From Alphaproteobacteria bacterium (GTDB taxonomy: Bacteria; Pseudomonadota; Alphaproteobacteria; Rs-D84): a DNA stretch of 64,000 nt. The DNA lies in assembly GCA_033345195.1 (NCBI GenBank), contig JAWPOE010000001.1:8192-72191 (forward strand). The letters are read 5' to 3'. Each line of letters opens with the position of its first letter. Position 1 is the stretch's first letter. Shown here one piece after another: positions 1 through 8,976 of this stretch. The notes under the pieces were generated by a model. It was not told the DNA's origin and did not search any database. It saw only the letters and a program-made list of their open reading frames with translations. The position numbers were made by a program, and so were the translations under genes.

Positions 1-2
1 CA

Positions 3-2384
3 ATCGTATTACCATCGACCCCATCAAACACATTTGGCACAGAATACAATTCATGTCGTGATGCCTATTTCACATGTATGGATCAATTTTGCGCAACTGC
101 AAATGACAGCTATCGCAGATGCATATGTTCTTCAAAACTGGCTGAAATACAATCACGGGAACGCGCACTGTCGCAAACATCTGACCAACTGCAAGACTTT
201 AAAGAACTGAACATCAGTGTTATTAATAAAACAGCCCAGGAAGTCGATGCAATGCTATCCGCGACCAACGGCGAATTGGCACAAGAAAATACCACAGACA
301 CATCTGACAGCGCAAAACATCTATCCGGGATAAGTGCCGTTTTATCCAAGGCCAAGAAAAATTCATTATCAACCCAAGGCACACTGGATATCGCGGGCGA
401 TATAAATACGATATGGTCAACAACTACGCTAACCGGTGGCAACACCATTGCCAATCTGACCGGCGAATCGCTGTATAATGCTGTACACGCCCAATGTTCT
501 GAAATGGTTTCTGAACGTTGTGGTGGTAAATCAACAGTTGATATGGTCGTATCCGCATATGGTATGTACATCGAAAATGACTGTTCTGCGATAATAAATT
601 CACTGGACAAAAAACTAATCGCCGCCAACAGTACAATTCGCGAAACAGAACGCCAAATGAATGAAGCACGCCTGGAAAACTATAACACACATAATTCGAA
701 ATCCATTAACGACTGCATCGCCCAGGTACGAATTGACATAACCAACGACAATGCATGTGGCACAAATTACGTACACTGTCTGGATGTAACTGGTCGATAT
801 TTAAACTATAATACCGGCGAACCAATCTATACGCCTGATTTTTATAAACTTTCTTCTCAGATATCTTTATCTGGGGACGTATTAACGAATGAAACCAACC
901 GTTTAATTGTCGCCAACCTAAATAATAAACGCAATTACGCAAAACGCGGTCTTGACACATGCCGCGATTTAGCAAATGAAGTATGGGACGAATTTATGCG
1001 CCAGGCAATTACAGAAATATACCAGGGACAACAAGAACGTATTAGGAAAGTTAAAAACGAGTGTTTAGAAGTTGTAAACGCATGTTACGACGAACAAAAT
1101 CAATCCTTAAAAGATTTCAGCAATGTTGATGAACAACTGTTACTGGGCACACGCTTGGAATTATCCGAACAAATGTGCAAAGAAAAATTAGACACATGCA
1201 GCAACCTATACGGCAATGGTTCGAATGGAATGCAAGAATTATTAATCGCAATGCACAATATTACAGACGCAAAAATCGCAAAACAGTGCGTTGCAACATT
1301 GCAACAGTACGCACGCGATTTATGTGCAGTACCCAGCAAAGATACTATACACGCATACCCATACGGATGCCGAACATATGCCCCCAGCGAACACCGATTT
1401 GCCGCACTTGAAATGTGTAATATAAATGCGTATTCACCCACCCCCACTGTTTCACAACAACAAACACTGACAGGAACAAACTATACAAAAACAGCCACTA
1501 ATGGTTATGATGAAGATATAGATTCTAAAACCAAACTGGATGGTGGCTGGTCAACAAACAACACATTCTATCAATGCGTAATAACATATGTCTATTGCAA
1601 GCAAGGCTATTACCTAGAGAACGGCCAATGTCTGACATGTCCAACCGGCTGTACATGCCCAGGTGGCACAGAAAAAACTTGCACAACTACGCAAGACAAA
1701 GAAGATTCTTGTGGCGATTATGAAGGCAGTTTATATCAAAAAATGGTACGCTATGCATCCCAGGCATGCGTCCGCCCCAGCGCGCCAACAAACCCACTGC
1801 CCGACACAATCTTACAAGACATCAACACAGTGATGACACAATTACACACCGACATGGCAACACAATTGGTCGCCGAATGTGAACGTTGGGACGGTGAATG
1901 GGTCAGCACAGTCTGGAAAGATGATGAGACTGACGGCAAACACGACACAACCGGCCATACACTTAATCCACGTTTCTATCGCGAAACAAACGCCAGTACC
2001 AAATGGGGATTCTGCGCAGAAAAAACAGCGTCCCAACAGACACCGTCAGACGATACAGAAGATACAGACGATACAGAAGATACAAACGATACAGAAGATA
2101 CAACAAAATATACAATAACATTCGAAAATAAAACTGACGTTTGCAAAACCCCCTTTCCAGAACGCATTACTCAAAAGGTGGCATTTGGCGCAGACATGCC
2201 AACAATAGGTCTACCACAATGTGCTGATGTAACCGCAACATACAAATTTAACGGGTATTATTATGAAGGGGAAAAATACTATGATGAAAAAGGTTCGCCA
2301 ACAAACAAGCATGCGATTTGGAACAAAGAATCAGATGCAACATTGACAGCCAATTGGACTAAAGCCACACCAGTAAACTACTAA
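3..2384 (+). CDS. Secreted Cys-rich repeat protein, 5' partial (large Cys-rich family)
   Basis: The frame is open from the window edge, with no stop upstream of the M at 78. The motif FTCMDQFC..RRCICS is shared with the 11499 and 8107 proteins. It has a CxxC-rich module (GYYLENGQCLTCPTGCTCPGG) and an acidic DTEDT repeat. The C-terminus YTITF..GYYYEG..ATLTANW resembles a Listeria-Bacteroides (Flg_new) repeat. Confidence 0.6.
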   Translation: MVLPSTPSNTFGTEYNSCRDAYFTCMDQFCATANDSYRRCICSSKLAEIQSRERALSQTSDQLQDFKELNISVINKTAQEVDAMLSATNGELAQENTTDTSDSAKHLSGISAVLSKAKKNSLSTQGTLDIAGDINTIWSTTTLTGGNTIANLTGESLYNAVHAQCSEMVSERCGGKSTVDMVVSAYGMYIENDCSAIINSLDKKLIAANSTIRETERQMNEARLENYNTHNSKSINDCIAQVRIDITNDNACGTNYVHCLDVTGRYLNYNTGEPIYTPDFYKLSSQISLSGDVLTNETNRLIVANLNNKRNYAKRGLDTCRDLANEVWDEFMRQAITEIYQGQQERIRKVKNECLEVVNACYDEQNQSLKDFSNVDEQLLLGTRLELSEQMCKEKLDTCSNLYGNGSNGMQELLIAMHNITDAKIAKQCVATLQQYARDLCAVPSKDTIHAYPYGCRTYAPSEHRFAALEMCNINAYSPTPTVSQQQTLTGTNYTKTATNGYDEDIDSKTKLDGGWSTNNTFYQCVITYVYCKQGYYLENGQCLTCPTGCTCPGGTEKTCTTTQDKEDSCGDYEGSLYQKMVRYASQACVRPSAPTNPLPDTILQDINTVMTQLHTDMATQLVAECERWDGEWVSTVWKDDETDGKHDTTGHTLNPRFYRETNASTKWGFCAEKTASQQTPSDDTEDTDDTEDTNDTEDTTKYTITFENKTDVCKTPFPERITQKVAFGADMPTIGLPQCADVTATYKFNGYYYEGEKYYDEKGSPTNKHAIWNKESDATLTANWTKATPVNY
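2049..2105 (+). repeat. In-frame tandem repeat gatacagaagatacaRac x3 (DDTEDTDDTEDTNDTEDTT)
   Basis: Read directly in the sequence; 18-nt unit inside the CDS. Confidence 0.85.
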
Positions 2385-2438
2385 CACTTGCGCAAAAGAT
2401 AAAAAATTGATAAAGTTTATAATAAAAGAGAGAAACAT

Positions 2439-3137
2439 ATGAACAAAATATTAATCGCATCATTCCTATCTGTTATTGGAATCAATTTTGCATTTGGTGC
2501 AACACCATGGTGGGAACAACCAACAGTATGCAAGTTAAATCCATCAGATTGTTATTCGGGTATGGGTGCCGGGTTTGATTCTGAAATGTGGGATGCAACC
2601 GCCGGATGTTGGGGCATGAAGTATATTTGCCCGGACGCAACAACAACGAACACACGCGAACCAATCTTGATGGGACGTGAAGAAATCAAACGTGGCACCG
2701 GTATAAATGTTGATTTTGATACAGATTTATTATCAGCCGACGACGAATGTTTTGGTCGCCGCAAAACAGCCGATGGTGGCACAATGGCATCTGTTAACGG
2801 AAAATTTGTTAATGTATGGTGTAACGGCATATTAGATAACGCAGACGAAACGTTGGGAAATGGTGAAATAACATACGGGACACAACCAACCTGCTCTACC
2901 CTGGCAAAAGATGGCTATGTTGGTGTTGAAAATGGTCGTTGTTATGGAAAATATTTTGACACAAACAAATATATCATCGAATGCGGTTCTGCATTACTGC
3001 CAACGCGCTTGATTGTATTAAATGGCGCAGACTATAACACACCAACAAATATAAAATCAGAATCTGATGCCGAACGCATGTTTAACACCATGTATTCAAA
3101 TTCAAAAACACAAAAAGCAAAATACTTTAAGAAATAA
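2439..3137 (+). CDS. Secreted Cys-rich hypothetical protein
   Basis: ATG preceded by aaagagagaaaca. Signal peptide MNKILIASFLSVIGINFAFG. Many Cys residues. Followed by a terminator. Confidence 0.6.
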   Translation: MNKILIASFLSVIGINFAFGATPWWEQPTVCKLNPSDCYSGMGAGFDSEMWDATAGCWGMKYICPDATTTNTREPILMGREEIKRGTGINVDFDTDLLSADDECFGRRKTADGGTMASVNGKFVNVWCNGILDNADETLGNGEITYGTQPTCSTLAKDGYVGVENGRCYGKYFDTNKYIIECGSALLPTRLIVLNGADYNTPTNIKSESDAERMFNTMYSNSKTQKAKYFKK

Positions 3138-3161
3138 AAAATCCCGTTTTGGGATTTTTTA
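3136..3161. terminator. Bidirectional intrinsic terminator
   Basis: aaaaa-atccc-gtttt-gggat-tttttt lies between convergent genes. Confidence 0.6.
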
Positions 3162-3590
3162 TTTCGTCTTTTGCTTCATACCTGCACAAATTTCTGCAAT
3201 ACGCTTTTCAGCAACACCGTCATCCAGCTTAATTGGGTTATGTTGCATAACATTTTCTATGAAACGCAATGCATTTGGATTCTTGCGCAGATACGAACTG
3301 CGTACACGTAAAACAATCGAACCATCACGATAATAATTACTTCTATGCTCTGAAAACTTTATACCATTGCTGCGCAAAATCTGTTTTGCAATATTGCGTT
3401 CTTGTGCATTATAAATAAAACAATACCAGTACGAAATCCTGTTACTGGCAGTTGTAAAAAACATCCCCCCTTGCGCCAAATGCGATAATGCCATTGCATC
3501 CGCACACGGATTATCACTAACCGCCACAGGCGCACGCCCCGGAAATAAATTTTTTACATATTCAACAACTGTATTAAAATTCATGTTCAT
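3159..3590 (-). CDS. Hypothetical cytoplasmic protein
   Basis: 143-aa ORF with an ATG start. No recognisable family and no signal peptide. Confidence 0.45.
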   Translation of the reverse strand: MNMNFNTVVEYVKNLFPGRAPVAVSDNPCADAMALSHLAQGGMFFTTASNRISYWYCFIYNAQERNIAKQILRSNGIKFSEHRSNYYRDGSIVLRVRSSYLRKNPNALRFIENVMQHNPIKLDDGVAEKRIAEICAGMKQKTK

Positions 3591-3655
3591 AATATTTATA
3601 CCTTTATATTTTTATTGAATAACTATAATATTATACAAAAACTAAAATTCAAGTA

Positions 3656-3680
3656 TATAAAAACCGGGCAAATTGCCCGG
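3656..3680 (-). terminator. Intrinsic terminator of the 3684..7328 gene
   Basis: On the minus strand, ccgggcaatttgcccgg is followed by ttttta. Confidence 0.5.
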
Positions 3681-3683
3681 TAC

Positions 3684-6600
3684 CTATATCCCCAAACGAT
3701 GTGACATCTTTAACATAAATATAGATTCGTTCCCAAAGTCATCTGTATGATTTGGATTTACGCGATAAATAAACCCAAATGCCCCGTCTGTAAACTCACC
3801 AAACTTATGACGATAGGCGCCACTAAAACGCAATTCGCGCTGTTCTGGTTCCAGGTATAAATCTTCGATATGCGTATTAACAACGTTTAATTCATATCTG
3901 TTATCTGCCATTTCAACAACATCATAATCTGCATATGCATACCGCAATGCGCCATCTGTTATCGCCAATGGCTGCGATACCGCAAATTCAAAATTCCCAA
4001 TATTTGCACCAATTGCAAATGCATTTGAATCGACATCTGTCATTCCTAAGATAAACTGCCCAGATGCATCCGACATCGTTCGTGCAAACGTTGCACGGGC
4101 GGTAAAATCGACCAAATCAGACACACGATATTTTGCAACCGCATCAACATAGGTCGTATTCCCTGCCCCCAAATTCAATAAACCACCTGTCTGTGCCCCC
4201 AAGATTGTGTCAGATTCGTGCGCAAAACCAATCGACGTTGTAAAGGCAAATTTATCATTTGACCATGTCACATCAGACTGCGCCCCCTGAATCAGCCCCA
4301 ACGTCGCCGGCATATATTGTGCCGAAATTGTTGGATCATTTTCCAATAACCCCTCATCCGTAATTGCCCCAGAAAACGCACGCGCACCAAATGTCCAATT
4401 ACCGTTTTCATATGCAACATCAGATACAATCGCATTTGATGCCAATCCCAATATAGGATTAGCCAAACCATCAAAGCGCGACACTCCATCTGTCAAGTAA
4501 TGCTGATATGATGCACCGAATGTCCAATTCCCAGATTTATAATCCAACGACAAATTATCCAACCCATTCATATTATCATTATATGCACGTTCGGAAAAAG
4601 CCATCGATAAACCAATATTGCCGATTTGACTGCGTTGAACATTATCGCGACGCGTCTTGAAATCGCCCAAAACATCCCCCATATACAAACCACGTTCACC
4701 AGATGTCCCCAGCGCAAATTCATTTTCCCAAACGCGTGGCAAACTCATTTTCCCATCAACACTTTCCAACACATCATAGAACGGCGCACGAATTGTTGCC
4801 CCACGCAAACTTAATACAGACGACGGCCTAAACATCGTATTAGACGCCACGCGCCAATATGCATTTCCATTTGCCGACACTATATTATTTCCGTCATAAA
4901 AATAAACAGACGTGCCCGGCTTTGTTGCACGTTCCAAATTTATTAATCCATAGCCAAAGACCTGGGCAAATGTATCAAGATAATCTGCACCATTATCAAC
5001 ACCGTCTTGAAATTCGCCCGGTAAATCATACATATTCTTTAAATACGCCGTCAGTGTATCTTCTGTAAACGCGGTCCCGGTAACCGTCGTTCCCAACAGG
5101 GGACCATCCGCCGTCAAGGCCAACAACGCAAACACCTGTTTATTATTCAAATAATCAAATGCAGATTTTACTGCACCAACCGCACCAGCCACACTGGACA
5201 CCGCATGTTCATCCGATTGACCTGCACCGGCAAAGCACCATGGATCAACAGAACCACGTCCCGTCCCTGCAATACCACATGCGCGCGCCTTGTAATACGT
5301 ATCATCAGAATCATCATCTGGCGTACCATTATCATTTGTCCATTTGGCCAATTGTATCTTTCCCGTCGGCGAATAACCAGACACACTGGTTGTTCCTGCT
5401 GTTCCAGAACCGCCCAACTCAACCGCCACCGCAGACATAAAATACCCCTCTGCATTTTCATATATCAGCGGCACAACATTCTCAAACGTCGCAAACAATG
5501 TTTTCCCCGTGGCCAAACTATCTGTTTCAAAACCACCGGTTGAAAAAACCATTATCGGCTGAAAACTGGCGCCCAATTGCCCAAACAAACTTGTTGCATA
5601 CGTTCCCTGAAAATCCGTATCAGCCCCCAAATCATAATACCCATTTACCAATGCCGCCAACCCAGTCTGACGCATATCTGCCGGCAAAGACAAAATATCA
5701 TCAATTGTTTCAACCGTCACCGCACGCAAAGGTGAAATCACGGACGAATTCGCAATAACATCGACACGCGAACGCCCACCACTTAAATCACCATTAACCC
5801 ACAATTGTGCGGCCTTGGCCATCGCCTTGTAATTTAAATAATCCAGCGTCCCCAATTCCTTGACCAATTCTAAATCACCGTCCGTCATTGAATACGCCTG
5901 ATTAATTTTTCCATCCGCGCCACTATCAATATACAAATACCCATTTGCACCAATATAGCCATTATACTTTTTTGATGGATCTGCACTATTCGTTGCAACA
6001 AATGTATTACCAGTCTGCACAACAGTCATTGTTTCACCGAACAGAACAATTTGTGTTAATTTTGAATCTGTTAATTCATACGTCCCCGTACTTTCCGTTG
6101 TGGCATCAACCATACCAATTCCACCACCGGTACGAAAGATTGTCATCTGACCATTTGGCATAAATCCGATATAATCCGCATCTGGGTACCCAGCATCACG
6201 CCCCCCAACAATCTTTGCCAGCAGATTATCATCATTTGTTGCGCTTGTATTATTTACAACAGTCCCCCATCCTGCCAAATCAAAATTTGCCAACCACGCA
6301 GAATCTTCCACAGTCACAGCATTTGCCAATGTTCCTTCGCCCGTTCCAAGAACAACCTTGTTATTATAATATTTGCTGGACACAGTTGTATCATCACCTG
6401 GATTTACAGCTGTACCATTAACACTGGTCCACGGCAACAAAGTATCACCCAACGAAGACACGGCATCAACACCATACGCATAATTATTTGCATTCACACC
6501 ATTTGCCGTCACCAGCGCAACATTTACCGGACGTCCACCCAACACAGGTTCCCCACGCCAATTAACATCATCCAGTTTAAACGGTTCACGCGTTGACATG

Positions 6601-7328
6601 CTGCGCAACGTACGCATTCCCATATACCCACGCGCCAGTGGCGAATACCCATGCATCATCAACAAATAGTTTTGCCCATCAAGATTGGTCATCAAATCAA
6701 AATTTTTTGCGTAAATTAATTCTGCATCGCTGGGACTATAAAGATCCAAATTTTCAACATAATATTGGCTTTCATCCTTGGCTGTTGGCATTGCTGGGCC
6801 ATAAGGCAATGTAAATGCCGCCGTTGCATTACCGCCAGAACCACCACCAGAACCACCACCACTGGGCCTATCCCCACCAGACGAAGACGAATCATTATCA
6901 TTACCCGGGTCAAAGACATCTGTTAACAACAATAATCCGCCAACTACAACGGCGGCACCCGCCGCCGTCAATGCAATGCTTTGGGCAGACGACAGTCCGC
7001 TGAACAATCCGCCCCCACCCCTTGGTTTATTCCGATTATTATATTGCTTTATCTGTCGGTCGCACTTTGACGCATCTGCGCCATACATCTGCAAAATCTG
7101 TGCTGCACGCACATCATTATTCATCAGTGCCGTACAAACAATCGACAACCCCGTTGAATCAACAAAGTTCACATTTGCACCATTATTCACCAATGCCTGC
7201 ACCTGTTGAATATCTGCATTTTTTGCCGCCGCCAACAACTGTGCCGCCATCATAAAATCACTGGTTGCACCGAATGATGCCACAGGCGCCATGAACAACG
7301 AAAACATTAAAACTCTGATAAATTTCAT
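3684..7328 (-). CDS. Ankyrin-repeat plus C-terminal beta-barrel outer-membrane protein (autotransporter-like)
   Basis: 1214 aa. Signal peptide, then ANK-like LVNNGANVNFVDSTGLSIVCTALMNNDVRAAQILQMYGADA, a hydrophobic segment, a G/S linker and a large passenger domain. The last ~300 aa have alternating beta-strand patterns (GNWTFGASYQHY, FAFTTSIGFAHE). Confidence 0.55.
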   Translation of the reverse strand: MKFIRVLMFSLFMAPVASFGATSDFMMAAQLLAAAKNADIQQVQALVNNGANVNFVDSTGLSIVCTALMNNDVRAAQILQMYGADASKCDRQIKQYNNRNKPRGGGGLFSGLSSAQSIALTAAGAAVVVGGLLLLTDVFDPGNDNDSSSSGGDRPSGGGSGGGSGGNATAAFTLPYGPAMPTAKDESQYYVENLDLYSPSDAELIYAKNFDLMTNLDGQNYLLMMHGYSPLARGYMGMRTLRSMSTREPFKLDDVNWRGEPVLGGRPVNVALVTANGVNANNYAYGVDAVSSLGDTLLPWTSVNGTAVNPGDDTTVSSKYYNNKVVLGTGEGTLANAVTVEDSAWLANFDLAGWGTVVNNTSATNDDNLLAKIVGGRDAGYPDADYIGFMPNGQMTIFRTGGGIGMVDATTESTGTYELTDSKLTQIVLFGETMTVVQTGNTFVATNSADPSKKYNGYIGANGYLYIDSGADGKINQAYSMTDGDLELVKELGTLDYLNYKAMAKAAQLWVNGDLSGGRSRVDVIANSSVISPLRAVTVETIDDILSLPADMRQTGLAALVNGYYDLGADTDFQGTYATSLFGQLGASFQPIMVFSTGGFETDSLATGKTLFATFENVVPLIYENAEGYFMSAVAVELGGSGTAGTTSVSGYSPTGKIQLAKWTNDNGTPDDDSDDTYYKARACGIAGTGRGSVDPWCFAGAGQSDEHAVSSVAGAVGAVKSAFDYLNNKQVFALLALTADGPLLGTTVTGTAFTEDTLTAYLKNMYDLPGEFQDGVDNGADYLDTFAQVFGYGLINLERATKPGTSVYFYDGNNIVSANGNAYWRVASNTMFRPSSVLSLRGATIRAPFYDVLESVDGKMSLPRVWENEFALGTSGERGLYMGDVLGDFKTRRDNVQRSQIGNIGLSMAFSERAYNDNMNGLDNLSLDYKSGNWTFGASYQHYLTDGVSRFDGLANPILGLASNAIVSDVAYENGNWTFGARAFSGAITDEGLLENDPTISAQYMPATLGLIQGAQSDVTWSNDKFAFTTSIGFAHESDTILGAQTGGLLNLGAGNTTYVDAVAKYRVSDLVDFTARATFARTMSDASGQFILGMTDVDSNAFAIGANIGNFEFAVSQPLAITDGALRYAYADYDVVEMADNRYELNVVNTHIEDLYLEPEQRELRFSGAYRHKFGEFTDGAFGFIYRVNPNHTDDFGNESIFMLKMSHRLGI

Positions 7329-7390
7329 TTATATTCTCTCTTTATAAATAAATCTTATCACAAGATATTTTTTCCGTCTACATAAAAATG

Positions 7391-7418
7391 CAAAAAAAAG
7401 AACCCGTCTTTCGACGGG
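7391..7418 (-). terminator. Intrinsic terminator
   Basis: On the minus strand, cccgtc-gaaa-gacggg followed by ttctttttttt, just after the stop at 7427. Confidence 0.6.
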
Positions 7419-7426
7419 CAATCATT

Positions 7427-7963
7427 TTAATAACAAACACGCTGTCTCGTTTTTGTTTTAACAGTCACTGTCACCGTGGTTGTTCGCTTAAATTGATTCA
7501 AAGAATCCGCGACCGCCGCTGGTGTTGGGCTTTGCACAACGATATTATTGTTATGCCCAACAACAATTGTCGCACCATCGCCACAGTTATTAATATTTAC
7601 ATTCTGTTCTGGTGCAGATACAGTCACAGGTTTTTCAACAACAACGACAACCGTATCTTTTTGTGGTTGCGGTTTACGTGGCTGTGGTTTACGTGGTTGC
7701 TGACGTGTTTTTTTGCTTTCACGACAATCGTCCAACATTTCCTGGGCATCACGCAAATCTTGCTTTAATTCATTGATTGAATCTGCCAATTCACGAACCC
7801 TGTCATCACTACTAATAACCGCCACAGAATCTTTTTGTTCTGAATCCGTCTGATGTTCTTTTACCATTCTGTTGCATGTTGGCAATCCAATAATCATCAG
7901 TCCTGCGACAACAATACCAACCGCCCCAGTTGCCAACCACCATTTTTTTGAAGACGATGCCAT
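7427..7963 (-). CDS. Membrane-anchored hypothetical protein with RKPQP repeat
   Basis: The track start at 7987 is GTG. The ATG at 7963 has AAAGGA 8 nt upstream. The N-terminal TM segment is WWLATGAVGIVVAGLMIIGL. Confidence 0.5.
   Translation of the reverse strand: MASSSKKWWLATGAVGIVVAGLMIIGLPTCNRMVKEHQTDSEQKDSVAVISSDDRVRELADSINELKQDLRDAQEMLDDCRESKKTRQQPRKPQPRKPQPQKDTVVVVVEKPVTVSAPEQNVNINNCGDGATIVVGHNNNIVVQSPTPAAVADSLNQFKRTTTVTVTVKTKTRQRVCY
7664..7705 (-). repeat. 15-nt in-frame tandem repeat (PRKPQ x2-3)
   Basis: tggttgcggtttacg / tggctgtggtttacg / tggttgctgacg. Confidence 0.6.
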
Positions 7964-8080
7964 ATCAAAATCCTTTTGTTTAATCACGCGTCATATTTTA
8001 GACAAATATTTATACTTTGTCAAACACAAATAAAAAATATACAAACCTTGACATTTCCCTTTGCGCGCGAATCAGTTTTT

Positions 8081-8089
8081 TGATATAAT
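8081..8089 (+). promoter_or_regulatory. Extended -10 promoter element TGATATAAT
   Basis: Matches TGnTATAAT 18 nt upstream of the ATG at 8107. RBS agagagaaa. Confidence 0.4.
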
Positions 8090-8106
8090 GGAACGCAAGA
8101 GAGAAA

Positions 8107-8970
8107 ATGAAAATACACATATTATTTTTAACGACCACGGTTTTATTGACGTCTAACGCCTATGCGGTGGCAAAGTGTTCCAAGGCAAATCTGACCCGAT
8201 GCCTTGATTCTGCATGCGCGATAAATTTATCAACAAATCCTGCAGCACGTTGTCAGTATTGTGGCACGTCCAGTGCCGGCGAACCACCCAAAAGCAAAAT
8301 GCGCAGCGTATCTGCCGGCGCATCCGCAAAATACAACATTTCTGAAAAAGATTTAAAAAAAGCACCAACCGATCCTGGGCAACGCTATGCCTGGGCAACG
8401 GCCCAGTGCATTAAAAAGGTTGCCGGATGTACCGCCGACGATGTGTCTGACACATACGACAGCCTGATTGAACAATCGTGTACGGCCGCCGGCGTATCAT
8501 CAAAAATGGCTGCATCCCAGGAAAAGGCCAACAAAAAGAAAACCCAGTCATCTTGTAAATCAGACATTCGTGCATGCATCGTCGCGCAAAATCGTTGCAC
8601 ATCTGATTTCCGTGCCTGCGAAGATGATGCCGACTTTGATAAATTCTTTTCTGCATGTGGGGTCGAATCTGCTGGCTGTGACGATTATATATCTGCTATT
8701 CGTTCTGAATTGATTGCCGACCGAAATAACGCGATAAAGAACGCTGATGTCGTTCTGGCACAAATCGCAGAATCATATGCCAAGGCACGTGAACAGAAAT
8801 TAACAAATGCAAAAAATTCATGTAAAGATAATTCTGCACGCGACGCGTGTGTTGAAACGGTCTGCGCCAACAACATGCCTAACAAATGTGGTGACGGTTT
8901 CCAGGGTGAAAAAGCAATGGCGATTCAGTTATGCAAATTCCATGAAATTGCCTGTGCAACAATTGATTAA
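8107..8970 (+). CDS. Secreted Cys-rich protein (large Cys-rich family)
   Basis: Signal peptide ending SNAYA. Contains CLDSAC..ARCQYC and repeated C-x6-8-C modules shared with neighbouring paralogs. Confidence 0.6.
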   Translation: MKIHILFLTTTVLLTSNAYAVAKCSKANLTRCLDSACAINLSTNPAARCQYCGTSSAGEPPKSKMRSVSAGASAKYNISEKDLKKAPTDPGQRYAWATAQCIKKVAGCTADDVSDTYDSLIEQSCTAAGVSSKMAASQEKANKKKTQSSCKSDIRACIVAQNRCTSDFRACEDDADFDKFFSACGVESAGCDDYISAIRSELIADRNNAIKNADVVLAQIAESYAKAREQKLTNAKNSCKDNSARDACVETVCANNMPNKCGDGFQGEKAMAIQLCKFHEIACATID

Positions 8971-8976
8971 AGAAAG

